Shown: positions 37,496 through 48,059, counted from the first letter of the stretch. The stretch is 64,000 nucleotides of DNA from an uncultured Planctomycetia bacterium (GCA_964527765.1 CAZGQR010000002.1:50986-114985); one strand, 5' to 3'. A program made the numbers and translations. The notes: a model not told the origin generated them from the sequence alone.

Positions 37496-38530
37496 ATGCT
37501 GCACATCTCCAACAAAAATTTTGTAAAGCTGCTGGGATCCCTGAAAAGGGATTACCGGGTCTACGTGCCCGTGAAGAAAGACGACCAGCGGTTCTACCGG
37601 GAATATACGGAATTCAGCGATGACATCGTGATCGGCGAAGTAAGAGCTTTCGAACCTCTCAAGGCTTTTTTTACGCGCGCAAGGGAAAAAGTAGCGGAGG
37701 ATTTCAAGCCGGACATACCCCATGCCGGCGACAAGCCGTTCGCCATCGTGGGCGTGAAGGCCTGCGACCTGAAAGGCCTTAAAATCCAGGATCATGTCTT
37801 CATGGACCACGATTACAAGGACCCTTTTTATGCCAGGACCCGTGAAGCAAATCTCATTATCTCGGCGGATTGCACCTGCGCGATAGAAACGTGTTTCTGT
37901 CTCGCGGTGGGCGTGGAGCCGCATCCGAGGGAAGATTTCGATATCAATCTTTCAACAACGGACGACGGATTTCTCATCGAAACGGGATCGGAAAAAGGGG
38001 AAAGGATCGTTGAGAAAAATCTTTCGCTCTTTCAGGAGGCAAGCGACAGGTTCATCTCCAGGAGGGACAGGAAAAGAGAAAATGTCATCAAGGAAGTGGA
38101 GAAAAATATCAGGGAGAACGGCGTTCCGGACGAGCAACTTTTTGAAGGGATCGTCGAAAGGAATTACGAGTCGGATATATGGAACGACGAAGCCCAGACC
38201 TGCGTGGAATGCGGAGCGTGCACTATCATATGCCCGACCTGCCACTGTTTTCTTCTTTACGATCAGAAGGACGAGCAGCGGATGGCGCGCCTGCGCATAT
38301 GGGATTCCTGCATGATAAAAGACTATGCCAGGGTCGCCGGCGGCGGCAATCCGAGAAAGAAACTATGGATGCGGCTCCGGAACAGGTTTGAGAAAAAGTT
38401 TGACTTCTTTCCGAAAGCGGCGGACATATACGCCTGTACCGGGTGCGGACGCTGCATATCGGCGTGTCCCGCGAAGATCGACATAAGAGAGGTTCTTAAA
38501 AGGCTGGTTACCGGCAATGAAGAAAAGTGA
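37496..38530 (+). CDS. AsrA/HydB(beta)-like Fe-S subunit
   Basis: GVKACD, CFC, CVECGACTIICPTCHC, WDSC, CTGCGRCISACP. Confidence 0.85.
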   Translation: MLHISNKNFVKLLGSLKRDYRVYVPVKKDDQRFYREYTEFSDDIVIGEVRAFEPLKAFFTRAREKVAEDFKPDIPHAGDKPFAIVGVKACDLKGLKIQDHVFMDHDYKDPFYARTREANLIISADCTCAIETCFCLAVGVEPHPREDFDINLSTTDDGFLIETGSEKGERIVEKNLSLFQEASDRFISRRDRKRENVIKEVEKNIRENGVPDEQLFEGIVERNYESDIWNDEAQTCVECGACTIICPTCHCFLLYDQKDEQRMARLRIWDSCMIKDYARVAGGGNPRKKLWMRLRNRFEKKFDFFPKAADIYACTGCGRCISACPAKIDIREVLKRLVTGNEEK

Positions 38531-39344
38531 GAACATATACAGGCCCATCGAGGCGGAAGTGCTTGAGGTCATAACCGAAAGCCGGACCATCAAGACGTTC
38601 AAGCTTAAACCCAGGGAAGATCTGACCTTTGTGGCCGGCCAGTTCATCGAGCTGACCATTCCCGGCGTGGGGGAGGCGCCGTTCACCCCTTCATCGAATC
38701 CCGCGATCAAGGAAACGATGGAAGTGACGATAATGAAGGCGGGCAAGGTCACCGAAAAGGTCCACCAGCTGGCCAAAGGCGATATTGTCGGGTTGAGGGG
38801 CCCTTACGGTGACGGCTACCCCATGGACCATTTCGCGGGCAAGGAAGTACTGGTCTTCGGCGGGGGTGTCGGCCTCGCGCCGCTGAGAAGCCTGATGCAC
38901 GCGCTTTTTAACAGGATAGATGATTTCAAGAAGATATATTTCAGATATGGCTCGAAGACCCCCGGGGATATCATATATAAGGAAGAGATCAGGAAATGGG
39001 AAAAAAGAAAAGACCTGGATTACAGGATAACCGTCGATGCCGGGGATGATAAGTGGAAAGGGCACGTAGGGCTGGTCACGACGATCTTGGACGACAAGAT
39101 GGGCATGGACTTCGGCTCGGCGATAGCGGTTGTCTGCGGTCCGCCGATAATGATGAAATTCGGGACCTCCAAACTCTTGGAGCTGGGTTTCAGGGAAGAA
39201 AATATATATCTCTCCATGGAGAAGAACATGTCCTGCGGCCTCGGCAAGTGCGGGCATTGCAGGATAGGGACATACTATGCCTGTAAGGACGGCCCTGTTT
39301 TTACTTATGACAAGATAAAGGATTTTCACGGAATATGGGACTAG
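38517..39344 (+). CDS. AsrB/HydG(gamma)-like FAD/NAD(P)-binding [2Fe-2S] subunit
   Basis: GQF..GVGEAP, RGPYG, GGVGLAPLRS, CGPPIMM, MSCGLGKCGHC..CKDGP. Confidence 0.9.
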   Translation: MKKSENIYRPIEAEVLEVITESRTIKTFKLKPREDLTFVAGQFIELTIPGVGEAPFTPSSNPAIKETMEVTIMKAGKVTEKVHQLAKGDIVGLRGPYGDGYPMDHFAGKEVLVFGGGVGLAPLRSLMHALFNRIDDFKKIYFRYGSKTPGDIIYKEEIRKWEKRKDLDYRITVDAGDDKWKGHVGLVTTILDDKMGMDFGSAIAVVCGPPIMMKFGTSKLLELGFREENIYLSMEKNMSCGLGKCGHCRIGTYYACKDGPVFTYDKIKDFHGIWD

Positions 39345-39349
39345 ACGGT

Positions 39350-39913
39350 ATGGATACAAGCGCCGAACAGATCCACCAGGGAAAGATAAACACCGAGCCG
39401 AAGAAGGGTAAGGACAAACGGCTTTTTATCGATCTCGATGTCTGCGCTTCCGGGGAGTGCAAGGAATGCGTCGTCAAGTGCAGTTATTTTTACCACCGCC
39501 AGACCGTGAATAACGGTATCATTTCTATCATAGAGCTTGCCGCGTATGCGCTTGTCTGCCGCAGGTGCGAAGAGCCGCATTGTGTCAATGCCTGTCCGGT
39601 AGAGGCGCTTGAGCAAGAGAAGGAGAAGGACAAGTTTCTGGTAAGGCACAACATGCGGTGTATCAGCTGCGGGTCGTGCTCGCATGCGTGCCCTTACGGC
39701 ACGATATACCCGGAGGCCGTGCCCCTGCTTGTCCACAACTGCGATTTCTGTCTGGACAGGAGGGATGAGAAAGATGAACCGCTTTGCATAACCACCTGTC
39801 CTTACGGGGCGTTGAGCCTGAAAAAGGGCGATATTGAACTGGATGAGAATACTTTTCTCGTGGGGGATAACCTGATAGTCCATTCCACGCACTGGGACCG
39901 GGAGAAGGCATGA
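39350..39913 (+). CDS. Polyferredoxin (HycB/HyfA-like) electron-transfer subunit
   Basis: CRRCEEPHCVNACP, CISCGSCSHACP, CDFC..PLCITTCP. Confidence 0.85.
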   Translation: MDTSAEQIHQGKINTEPKKGKDKRLFIDLDVCASGECKECVVKCSYFYHRQTVNNGIISIIELAAYALVCRRCEEPHCVNACPVEALEQEKEKDKFLVRHNMRCISCGSCSHACPYGTIYPEAVPLLVHNCDFCLDRRDEKDEPLCITTCPYGALSLKKGDIELDENTFLVGDNLIVHSTHWDREKA

Positions 39914-40833
39914 TATACGTATTGTATCTTTTATTTTTCGGTTTTTTCCTGACGGCCGCCGTGGGCCTTTTTGCCAGCTGGATCGACAGGAAAGTAACGG
40001 CGCGCGTGCAGTACCGCGTCGGGCCGCCCGTTCTCCAGCCGCTTATCGATATCATAAAACTCCTCGGCAAGGAGACACTTGTCCCGGCGGGCGCTTCAAA
40101 AACGACCTTTCTGCTGGCTCCGGTCCTGGGTCTGGGGAGCGTGATACTGGTCTCGACGCTTTTGTGGGTGAACGATATAAATGTGGGACAGGGTTTTATG
40201 GGGGATATAATAGTGGCCTTATATCTTTTGACGATACCTTCCATAAGCATTATAATCGGGGGTTTTGCTTCGGCCAATCCGCTGGCCAGTCTGGGTGCGT
40301 CCCGGGAGATGAAACTCATCCTCGGATATGAACTCCCGTTCGTTCTTGCGATGCTGGTCCCCGTGATAAAGGCCGGTTATTCTATCAGGATAGGGGATAT
40401 TCTTCTTTTTCAGGCCCGGAGCGGGGTAATAGCCGGAAACCCCTCAGGCATACTGGCTCTGGTGGTGGCCCTGATGTGCGTGCAGGCGAAACTGGCTCTG
40501 GTGCCTTTTGATATCCCCGAGGCCGAAACGGAGATCTCGGGAGGAGCGCTCATCGAATATTCGGGGGCCGGTCTTGCGGTCTATCGCCTCATGAAGAACA
40601 TGCTTCTTTTTACGCTGCCGTTCTTCCTGATAATACTTTTTATGGGCGGTTTAAGGTTCGACGGCATCCATCTATTGTACGGCGTGTTGAAATACGTAGG
40701 GCTTGTGGCCCTGATAACGGTCATAAGGAATACCAATCCGCGGGTCAGGATCGACCAGGCCGTCAAATTCTTCTGGGGACCCATGACGGTCATCGCGGCA
40801 ATAGCGGTAGTGCTGGCTTTTAAAGGTTTATAA
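39910..40833 (+). CDS. NuoH/HycD/MbhM-like membrane subunit
   Basis: DRKVTARVQYRVGPP..QP..D..KL..KE, PFDIPEAETE, EYSG. Confidence 0.9.
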   Translation: MIYVLYLLFFGFFLTAAVGLFASWIDRKVTARVQYRVGPPVLQPLIDIIKLLGKETLVPAGASKTTFLLAPVLGLGSVILVSTLLWVNDINVGQGFMGDIIVALYLLTIPSISIIIGGFASANPLASLGASREMKLILGYELPFVLAMLVPVIKAGYSIRIGDILLFQARSGVIAGNPSGILALVVALMCVQAKLALVPFDIPEAETEISGGALIEYSGAGLAVYRLMKNMLLFTLPFFLIILFMGGLRFDGIHLLYGVLKYVGLVALITVIRNTNPRVRIDQAVKFFWGPMTVIAAIAVVLAFKGL

Positions 40834-40851
40834 GTATAGTAAAGAGGCCAT

Positions 40852-41277
40852 ATGAGTTTCAAGTTGAAAGCACTTTTAAAATCTCCGTGGGTGTTCCATC
40901 TCTCGACGGGCAGTTGCAACAACTGCGACATCGAGATACTGGACTGCCTTACCCCGAGGTTTGACATCGAAAGGTTCGGGATGCTTCTCGCCCCGAGCAT
41001 AAAACATGCGGATGTTCTTCTGGTCACGGGATCCTGTAACAGAAAATCCGCCGAGAGACTGAAGAGACTGTACGAACAGGCGCCCAAACCCTGCCTGGTG
41101 GTCGCGATAGGGGAGTGTTCCCTTTCGAGAGGGATGTTCATACACAGCTATAACTGTCCCGTGCCGTTGGATAAGATCATTCCCGTGGACGTGTACATCC
41201 CGGGCTGTCCGCCTAAACCGGAAGCCATCATCGCGGGCGTGGTGAAGCTGATAGAAAAAGTGAAGAGCGGAAAATGA
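40852..41277 (+). CDS. Group 4 [NiFe]-hydrogenase small subunit (NuoB/MbhJ-like)
   Basis: SCNNCDIE, ADVLLVTG, IGEC, IPGCPPKPE. Confidence 0.92.
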   Translation: MSFKLKALLKSPWVFHLSTGSCNNCDIEILDCLTPRFDIERFGMLLAPSIKHADVLLVTGSCNRKSAERLKRLYEQAPKPCLVVAIGECSLSRGMFIHSYNCPVPLDKIIPVDVYIPGCPPKPEAIIAGVVKLIEKVKSGK

Positions 41278-41747
41278 CGCGCAAAGAGATCTTAAAGAAC
41301 ATACAGGAAAAGTTCAAGAAGGATATAATCGATGTTTTCGACAAGCATCCGAAACGGGTGTATATCGAGATCAAACCCGGATCGATAGTCAAGATCGCCG
41401 GTTATATGTTCAAAGAACTGGGCACAAGGTTCAATATAGCCACGGGGGTGGATCTAAGAGAGCATATGGAGATCCTGTACCATTTCACCGACGAGGATAT
41501 AAACCTGTTGATCTCCCTGAGGGTGAAACTGCCCAAGGATAAATTAGAGATAGATTCGCTTGCTCCTGTTTTCGAAGGCGCGAACTGGATAGAAAGGGAG
41601 ATGCACGAACTTCTGGGTATCACTTTTAAAGGGCATCCTGACATGAGAAGGCTGCTTCTGCCGGACGAATGGCCCGAGGGCGTGTATCCCTTGAGGGCCG
41701 ACTATGAGGAATGGGACGAAAAGGCGATAAGGGACAGGGGATTATAG
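41274..41747 (+). CDS. NuoC/MbhK-like subunit
   Basis: ANWIEREMHELLGITFKGHPD.RRLLLP..WP. Confidence 0.9.
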   Translation: MTRKEILKNIQEKFKKDIIDVFDKHPKRVYIEIKPGSIVKIAGYMFKELGTRFNIATGVDLREHMEILYHFTDEDINLLISLRVKLPKDKLEIDSLAPVFEGANWIEREMHELLGITFKGHPDMRRLLLPDEWPEGVYPLRADYEEWDEKAIRDRGL

Positions 41748-41750
41748 AAA

Positions 41751-42935
41751 ATGGCGAAGACAATAGTGCCGATAGGACCGTATCACCCGCTTCAGGAAGA
41801 GCCTGAGTTTTTCAGTCTCACCATGGAGGGCGAGAAGGTCGTCGATATCGACGTCCAGGTCGGCTACAACCACAGGGGCATAGAAAAGCTCTCCGAGATG
41901 AAGACCTTCGACCAGTCCACTTTTGTCATAGAAAGGATCTGCGGAATATGTTCGACAAGCCATCCCTTCGCTTACACAAGGGCGGTCGAGGATATAATCC
42001 CCGTTGAGGTCCCCGAAAGGGCAAAATACATAAGGACGGTAATAGCCGAAGGCGAGAGGGTGCACTCGCACCTTTTGTGGCTCGGGCTCGCGGGGCATTT
42101 CCTGGGATACAATACGGTCTACATGTGGGCATGGAAGCTGAGAGAAGAGATCCTGGACGTCATGGAGATACTCTCCGGCAACAGGAACAATTACGCCATG
42201 TTCAAGCCCGGAGGAGTGAGAAGGGATTTCAAGCCCGAGGACATACCGCTCGTTATCGAAAAACTTGATTCCATTGTTCCTACCATGGAGATGCTTAAAA
42301 AGGCCGTGATAGACGATCCCGTTCTCCACGCCAGGACGAAGGGGATAGGCGTTCTGACAAAAGAGGCGGCCATAGATTTCTGCGCGCTCGGCCCCACTTC
42401 GCGCGCTTCCGGGGTGGCAAGGGACGTGAGAAAAGATTCCCCGTACGGGGCTTACGATAAGATCGAATGGGAGATGATAGTGAGGCATAACGGGGACGTC
42501 TTCGATAAGGTGGTGGTAAGGATACTGGAGATCCTGGAGTCAATAAAGATAATGAAGACCTGTCTTCTGGAACTGCCCTCCGGTGAAATAGACGCCAAAC
42601 TGAAGAGCATCCCTCCGGGAGAGGGTATCGGCCACGTTGAAGCGCCGAGGGGAGAGACCTTTCATTATGTAAGAAGCGACGGCACGAACAGCCCGGTCAG
42701 GCATAAGGTAAGAGCGCCCACGTTCATGAACCTTCCGACCTATAAGGCCACTGTCGTGGGAGAGACGATATCGGACGCGACGATAATCCTCGCGGCCATA
42801 GACCCGTGTTATTGCTGTACGGAGAGGATGGCGGTGCGTGACGTGAAGGGAAAGAAACTCTATAACGGGGAGGATCTGATCCGGCTTTCCCGGGAAAAGA
42901 CCGAGAAGATGAAGCAGAAGAAAGGGCTGAAATGA
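41751..42935 (+). CDS. Group 4 [NiFe]-hydrogenase large (catalytic) subunit
   Basis: GPYHP, HRGIEK, both Ni-binding motifs RICGIC and DPCYCC, EAPRGE, C-terminal extension after DPCYCCTER for protease cleavage. Confidence 0.93.
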   Translation: MAKTIVPIGPYHPLQEEPEFFSLTMEGEKVVDIDVQVGYNHRGIEKLSEMKTFDQSTFVIERICGICSTSHPFAYTRAVEDIIPVEVPERAKYIRTVIAEGERVHSHLLWLGLAGHFLGYNTVYMWAWKLREEILDVMEILSGNRNNYAMFKPGGVRRDFKPEDIPLVIEKLDSIVPTMEMLKKAVIDDPVLHARTKGIGVLTKEAAIDFCALGPTSRASGVARDVRKDSPYGAYDKIEWEMIVRHNGDVFDKVVVRILEILESIKIMKTCLLELPSGEIDAKLKSIPPGEGIGHVEAPRGETFHYVRSDGTNSPVRHKVRAPTFMNLPTYKATVVGETISDATIILAAIDPCYCCTERMAVRDVKGKKLYNGEDLIRLSREKTEKMKQKKGLK

Positions 42936-43534
42936 ACGGCGAGATCAAGGTCCGCATACAGGAAATGTCCGGGATCATCTCCGAGATGATCGATCTCGTT
43001 TTCCGGGGCTTTATGGAAAATGATATGCATATTCTTGACAAGAGCCTGGACAAGGAACGCGCGCTCGACGATCTGGAAAAAGAGATCACCGCCGGTATCG
43101 TGAAACTTTCCAAAGGGCTCAGCGACAGGGAAAGAAAGAAGCTTGTTATAGCGGGGCAGATCGCCGAGAATATCGAGCGCATGGGCGATGAACTGCGCTA
43201 TCTGACCGAACGCATCGAGCTCAAGATCGCGGATAAGCTTTATTTCAGCGATAAAGGGGTCGAGCAGTATAAGGAAGTTTTTGAGAAGATGCAGAGGTCG
43301 GTGAGCCTGATCGTGAGGTTCCTGGGTGACGATGATGCCGAGGTCCTGGATAAGGTCCTGGAGAACGGCGACCAGATCAAGGAATTGATCGAAAGATACA
43401 GGGCCGAGCATATCGACCGTCTGGCCAGGGGGATATGCGAGCCGAGGGCGGCGAACATGTATTTTGACATGCTTGATTTTACCGGGAACATCGCCAGGCA
43501 CTGCACGAATATAGCGAGGATCTCCAAAAAATAA
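42932..43534 (+). CDS. Tandem PhoU-domain protein
   Basis: E...D.LEKEI, IERMGD, HIDRLARGIC..FDMLD....IARHCTNIA, similar to the cytoplasmic PhoU domains of Na/Pi cotransporters. Confidence 0.75.
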   Translation: MNGEIKVRIQEMSGIISEMIDLVFRGFMENDMHILDKSLDKERALDDLEKEITAGIVKLSKGLSDRERKKLVIAGQIAENIERMGDELRYLTERIELKIADKLYFSDKGVEQYKEVFEKMQRSVSLIVRFLGDDDAEVLDKVLENGDQIKELIERYRAEHIDRLARGICEPRAANMYFDMLDFTGNIARHCTNIARISKK

Positions 43535-45186
43535 TGACAATACCCGAACTTTTCAGATTAGATAATTTGTCCGTTTTTGTAGGCATATTCATCGGTGTTT
43601 TCTCGCTGCTGGTCATCTTTTATTCTTTCGGCTTTATGCGCGGAAGAAAAGGGCTGGTGAGGTATTACCTGTATCTCGTTCTCACTTTTCTCGCCTCGCT
43701 CGGCACGGTCTTTTCCAATAACCTCATACTCTTTATTGTCTTCTGGGGATTTCTGGGGCTTCTTTTATACCTCCTGATCGGTTTCGGGCAGAGAGATGGT
43801 ACCGCTTATACGGCCAAGAAGGCGTTCATAATAATCGGGGGGACCGATGCCTTTATGCTGCTGGGGCTGGCTTTTATCTGGCATATTGCGGGAACGTTCC
43901 AGATGGATAAGATAAGCATTGCCCTGGATTCCAGGTCCGCGATCCTTGCGTACATATGCCTTGCGGCGGGAGCGTTCGCCAAGACCGGGGCGATGCCTTT
44001 TCATACCTGGGTTCCCGATACGGCCGAGGACGCGCCCACGCCGGTGGCTGCGTTCCTCCCGGCTTCCCTGGACAAGCTCCTGGGGATATATTTCCTTGCC
44101 AGGATATCCCTGGACATGTTCCGGATGAACCTGGGCATGAATACGTTCCTGATGGTAGTGGGCAGCGTCACTATCGTGGCCGCGGTCATGATGGCGCTCA
44201 TCCAGCATGATATGAAAAGGCTTCTGGGGTATCATGCGGTAAGTCAGGTCGGGTACATGGTCCTGGGTATCGGCACCGGCAACCCCGTCGGCATCGCGGG
44301 GGGAGTGTTCCACATGCTGAACAACGCGATATACAAGTCGTGCCTTTTTCTTTCCGGCGGCGCGGTGGAAAAAAAGGCGGGGACGACCGACCTGGAAAAA
44401 CTGGGCGGCTTTGCCAGGATCATGCCCATTAGTTTCCTGACGTTCCTGATAGCGTCGTTCTCGATATCGGGGGTTCCGCCCTTCAACGGGTTCGCTTCGA
44501 AGTGGATGATTTATCAGGGGGTGATAGAAACGGCCTCGGGTGGCGGACGGCTGTGGGTGGTATGGCTCGTTGCCGCCGTGTTCGGAAGCGCCCTGACGCT
44601 GGCGAGTTTCATGAAGCTTGTGCATACCGTGTTTCTCGGCCAGCCTTCCCGCGAGGCGCGCGAAAGAAGGTCCGAGATGAGGGATACCAGTCCTTCCATG
44701 CTGATCCCCTCGATGATACTTGCTTTCCTTTGCGTGATCTTCGGCGTTTTTGCTTACCGGATCCCTCTTAAGATGTTCATATTCCCGAGTCTGGGAGGAG
44801 AAGCGGGATTTACCGGCATATGGGATCCGTCCCTGGCCACGGCTCTGATAATCGTGGGTGTAGCGATAGGGTTGGTTATCTACCTGATCGGCACTGCTTT
44901 AAAGACGAGAACGACGGAAGTGTTCATCGGCGGAGAGATCCTGGAGAAGAAACCCGACATGAGGATTTCCGGGACCGAGTTTTATGAGACCATCAGGGAA
45001 ATGGGGTGCCTTAAGGCCATATACGCCCTGGCGGAGAAGAAAGTGTTTGATATATATGAAGTCGGCGTCAAGTTCACGCTTGCTTTTAACAGGGTATTGC
45101 GTTACATTCACAACGGAGTGCTCCTTACGTACCTGTCCTGGTGTCTTTTGGGGATGGTGATACTCTTTTACGTTCTGGTAAGGTGA
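43534..45186 (+). CDS. NuoL/MrpA-like antiporter subunit
   Basis: AK.GAMPFHTWVPD..APTP, KRLLGYHAVSQVGY, FHMLNNA, GVPPFNGF.SKW. Confidence 0.9.
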   Translation: MTIPELFRLDNLSVFVGIFIGVFSLLVIFYSFGFMRGRKGLVRYYLYLVLTFLASLGTVFSNNLILFIVFWGFLGLLLYLLIGFGQRDGTAYTAKKAFIIIGGTDAFMLLGLAFIWHIAGTFQMDKISIALDSRSAILAYICLAAGAFAKTGAMPFHTWVPDTAEDAPTPVAAFLPASLDKLLGIYFLARISLDMFRMNLGMNTFLMVVGSVTIVAAVMMALIQHDMKRLLGYHAVSQVGYMVLGIGTGNPVGIAGGVFHMLNNAIYKSCLFLSGGAVEKKAGTTDLEKLGGFARIMPISFLTFLIASFSISGVPPFNGFASKWMIYQGVIETASGGGRLWVVWLVAAVFGSALTLASFMKLVHTVFLGQPSREARERRSEMRDTSPSMLIPSMILAFLCVIFGVFAYRIPLKMFIFPSLGGEAGFTGIWDPSLATALIIVGVAIGLVIYLIGTALKTRTTEVFIGGEILEKKPDMRISGTEFYETIREMGCLKAIYALAEKKVFDIYEVGVKFTLAFNRVLRYIHNGVLLTYLSWCLLGMVILFYVLVR

Positions 45187-45190
45187 TGAT

Positions 45191-45748
45191 ATGGTAGAGC
45201 TTTATGTATTGCTTGTTCTGATGATCATCGGCGCCTTGATCGCGATCGAGATAAAAGATCTGCTTTCCTCCGTGATAGCGGTGGGCGCCGCGGGGCTTGC
45301 GCTTTCGATAATCTTTTTGATACTTAAGGCGCCGGACGTGGCTATCACTCAGCTGGTCGTCGAGATATTGGCCCTGATCATACTGGTCAGGGGGACCCTC
45401 AAGAGGGATCTGCCTTTTTCAACGACGGGCAGGTGGCTTCTGAACACTATTATCACCGCGTGTTTTGTGGTCATATTTCTGGCGGTGGGGATGAAATGCT
45501 TTAAGGACCTGCCTGAATTCGGCTATCCGATAATGAAGGTCGCCGGTACCTATATCCAGGAAGGGCTCCAGAAGACAGGCGCCGTCAATCTTGTGGCTTC
45601 GGTGATACTGGACTTCAGGGCTTATGACACGCTCGGCGAGGCGACTATCCTTTTCACGGCTGTTATAGGTGTTCTGGCGATCGTGAGGAAGATAGGCAGG
45701 AAAAAGGTGGACGAAGAGATCAGGGAAGAAGACGAGGAAGAAATATGA
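45191..45748 (+). CDS. DUF4040/MrpA C-terminal (MbhD/E-like) subunit
   Basis: APDVAITQ, NLVASVILDFRAYDTLGE. Confidence 0.85.
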   Translation: MVELYVLLVLMIIGALIAIEIKDLLSSVIAVGAAGLALSIIFLILKAPDVAITQLVVEILALIILVRGTLKRDLPFSTTGRWLLNTIITACFVVIFLAVGMKCFKDLPEFGYPIMKVAGTYIQEGLQKTGAVNLVASVILDFRAYDTLGEATILFTAVIGVLAIVRKIGRKKVDEEIREEDEEEI

Positions 45749-46221
45749 GCAGGGAACGCGAAAAAGGCATGTCACTGATCGTGAAGACGATAACCCGCCT
45801 CACGGTAGGGCTTATATTTCTTTACGGGGTTTACATAGTGACTCACGGGCATCTTTCGCCCGGCGGCGGTTTTGCCGGCGGGGTGATCATAGCGCTGTCG
45901 TTCGTCCACCTCATGCTGGCGTACGGCAAGGAAAAGGCTTTTGAGAAGCTCTCGAGGGCCGCCGCTTCGCTGTTTGAGGATGCCGGGGCGATACTTTTCC
46001 TGAGTATCGCTCTTCTGGGGTTTACCGGGGGCTATTTCTTTCTTAACTTCATATCCAAAGGTCAGCCTTTTAAGCTGTTCAGCGCGGGGATCATCCTGCC
46101 CTGCAACATAGCCATAAGCCTGAAGGTCGGCGCCGGGATCTTTGCGATAGTCGTTGCGCTTGTTCTCTTGGAGTTTGAACTGGAAGAAGAGAAAAAGGAA
46201 GAGAAAAAAGGAAAAAGATGA
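45745..46221 (+). CDS. mnhB: MrpB/MnhB subunit
   Basis: HGHLSPGGGFAGG. Confidence 0.9.
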   Translation: MSREREKGMSLIVKTITRLTVGLIFLYGVYIVTHGHLSPGGGFAGGVIIALSFVHLMLAYGKEKAFEKLSRAAASLFEDAGAILFLSIALLGFTGGYFFLNFISKGQPFKLFSAGIILPCNIAISLKVGAGIFAIVVALVLLEFELEEEKKEEKKGKR

Positions 46222-46556
46222 GCATCTATCTGCTTTGCCTGATAATTTTTAGTCTGGGCATTTACTGCGTCGTACGGAAACGTAACGTCATCAAGATCAT
46301 AATAGGCGTCATCATACTGGAATACGCGGTCAACCTGTTCTTTGTGCTTGTGGCTTACCGTGTTAACGGCCGCGCTCCGATATTTTCGGCGGAGCAGGAA
46401 GTGCTGAACATGGTGGACCCGCTGCCGCACGCGCTGGTGCTTACCGCGATCGTTATCGGGCTGGCGACCACCGCTCTGCTTGTGGGGATCGCCATGCGAC
46501 TTTATGAAAAATACAGGACTTTTGATATCACGAAGATAAGGGAGCTAAAGGGATGA
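46218..46556 (+). CDS. mnhC: MrpC/MnhC subunit
   Basis: DPLPHALVLTAIVIG. Confidence 0.92.
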   Translation: MSIYLLCLIIFSLGIYCVVRKRNVIKIIIGVIILEYAVNLFFVLVAYRVNGRAPIFSAEQEVLNMVDPLPHALVLTAIVIGLATTALLVGIAMRLYEKYRTFDITKIRELKG

Positions 46557-48058
46557 TGCCGGCAGAGAACATAATACCGCTTTTTGTCGCCGTAGCGCTT
46601 GCCGGGGCCTTTATTGTCGCTCTTGCAGGCGGGAAGGTGAGGTGGGCGCCCGACGCGCTGGGGAACCTCTTCACGCTGGCCCTGACGGTCTTATCCGTCG
46701 TATCGGTGCTGGCGGTAAGGCAGTACGGGGTTCTTGTCTACAGCGTCGGCGCGTGGAAGCCTCCCGTGGGCATAGCGATGGTGCTGGACGGCTTGACCTC
46801 GTTCATGCTGGTGACCGTGAACCTGATGGCGTTTATCATAACCGTTTTTTCGGTGAATTACATGGAGAAATACACCTCCAAATGGAAATTCTATTGCCTG
46901 TTCCTGCTGATGGTGGCGGGCATGAACGGCGTCATTATAAGCGGTGACATGTTCAATCTGTTCGTGTTCCTGGAGATCGCTTCCGTCGCGAGTTACGCCC
47001 TGGTCGCGTTCGGGACGGAACGCCAGGAGCTTGAAGCGGCTTTTAAATACGCGGTCATGGGCACCGTGGGATCGCTTTTCACTCTTCTCGGCATCGTCTT
47101 TCTGTACAGTTATACCTCTACGCTTAACATGGCGGACATGGCGCAGGTCCTGATCCAGAAAGGTGGGAAGGACATCACTCTCATGGTGAGCGTCTTGTTC
47201 ATAATGGGGTTCGGCCTGAAGGCGGCGCTCGTTCCGTTCCACGCCTGGCTTCCGGATGCCCATCCTTCGGCTCCCGCGCCGATATCGGCCATGCTCTCGG
47301 GTGTGTTGATAAAATCACTCGGTATCTACGCCCTGTGCAGGGTATTCTACAACGTGATCGGCATAGACCAGGCCGTTTCTTCCGTGCTGCTTTTCCTTGG
47401 CGCTTTGTCCATGGTGGTCGGGGTGTTCCTGGCCATAGGCCAATGGGATTTCAAACGCCTTCTGGCGTATCACTCCATAAGCCAGATAGGCTATGTTGTT
47501 CTCGGGATCGGACTGGGGACCCCGCTCGGCATCCTGGGCGGCCTCTTCCATCTTTTTAATCATTCCGTGTTCAAATCGCTGCTCTTTTTGAATTCCGGGG
47601 CCGTGGAATATTCGACCGGGACGCGCGACCTGAAGGAGATGGGAGGACTGGCATCAAAGATGCCGCTGACAGGAACGACAAGCCTTATAGCTTCGATGTC
47701 CATCGCCGGGATCCCGCCTTTCAACGGGTTCTGGAGCAAGCTGATCATAATAATAGCGGCGGTTCAGGCCGGCAGGTACGGGTACGCGTTCTGGGCCGTT
47801 GTAGCAAGCGTGCTGACCCTGGCGTCCTTCATGAAGGTCATGAAGTACGCCTTTCTGGACAGGCTGAAGGAAAAATGGAACGCGGTGAAAGAAGTGCCCG
47901 TTTTCATGAAGTTGTCCATGAGTGCCCTGGCGCTTATTTGCATTCTGGGAGGGGTCTTACTTGTCGGAGCCCTTAATGATGCTTTTCTTGAACGGGCGAC
48001 CGATGTTCTTCTGGAGGGGACAAAGTACGCGGCCATTGTTTTTAAGGGGATCGGGTAA
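46553..48058 (+). CDS. mnhD: MrpD/MnhD antiporter subunit
   Basis: DMFNLFVFLEI, LKAALVPFHAWLPDAH, KRLLAYHSISQ.GY, GIPPFNGF.SK. Confidence 0.92.
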   Translation: MMPAENIIPLFVAVALAGAFIVALAGGKVRWAPDALGNLFTLALTVLSVVSVLAVRQYGVLVYSVGAWKPPVGIAMVLDGLTSFMLVTVNLMAFIITVFSVNYMEKYTSKWKFYCLFLLMVAGMNGVIISGDMFNLFVFLEIASVASYALVAFGTERQELEAAFKYAVMGTVGSLFTLLGIVFLYSYTSTLNMADMAQVLIQKGGKDITLMVSVLFIMGFGLKAALVPFHAWLPDAHPSAPAPISAMLSGVLIKSLGIYALCRVFYNVIGIDQAVSSVLLFLGALSMVVGVFLAIGQWDFKRLLAYHSISQIGYVVLGIGLGTPLGILGGLFHLFNHSVFKSLLFLNSGAVEYSTGTRDLKEMGGLASKMPLTGTTSLIASMSIAGIPPFNGFWSKLIIIIAAVQAGRYGYAFWAVVASVLTLASFMKVMKYAFLDRLKEKWNAVKEVPVFMKLSMSALALICILGGVLLVGALNDAFLERATDVLLEGTKYAAIVFKGIG

Positions 48059-48059
48059 A

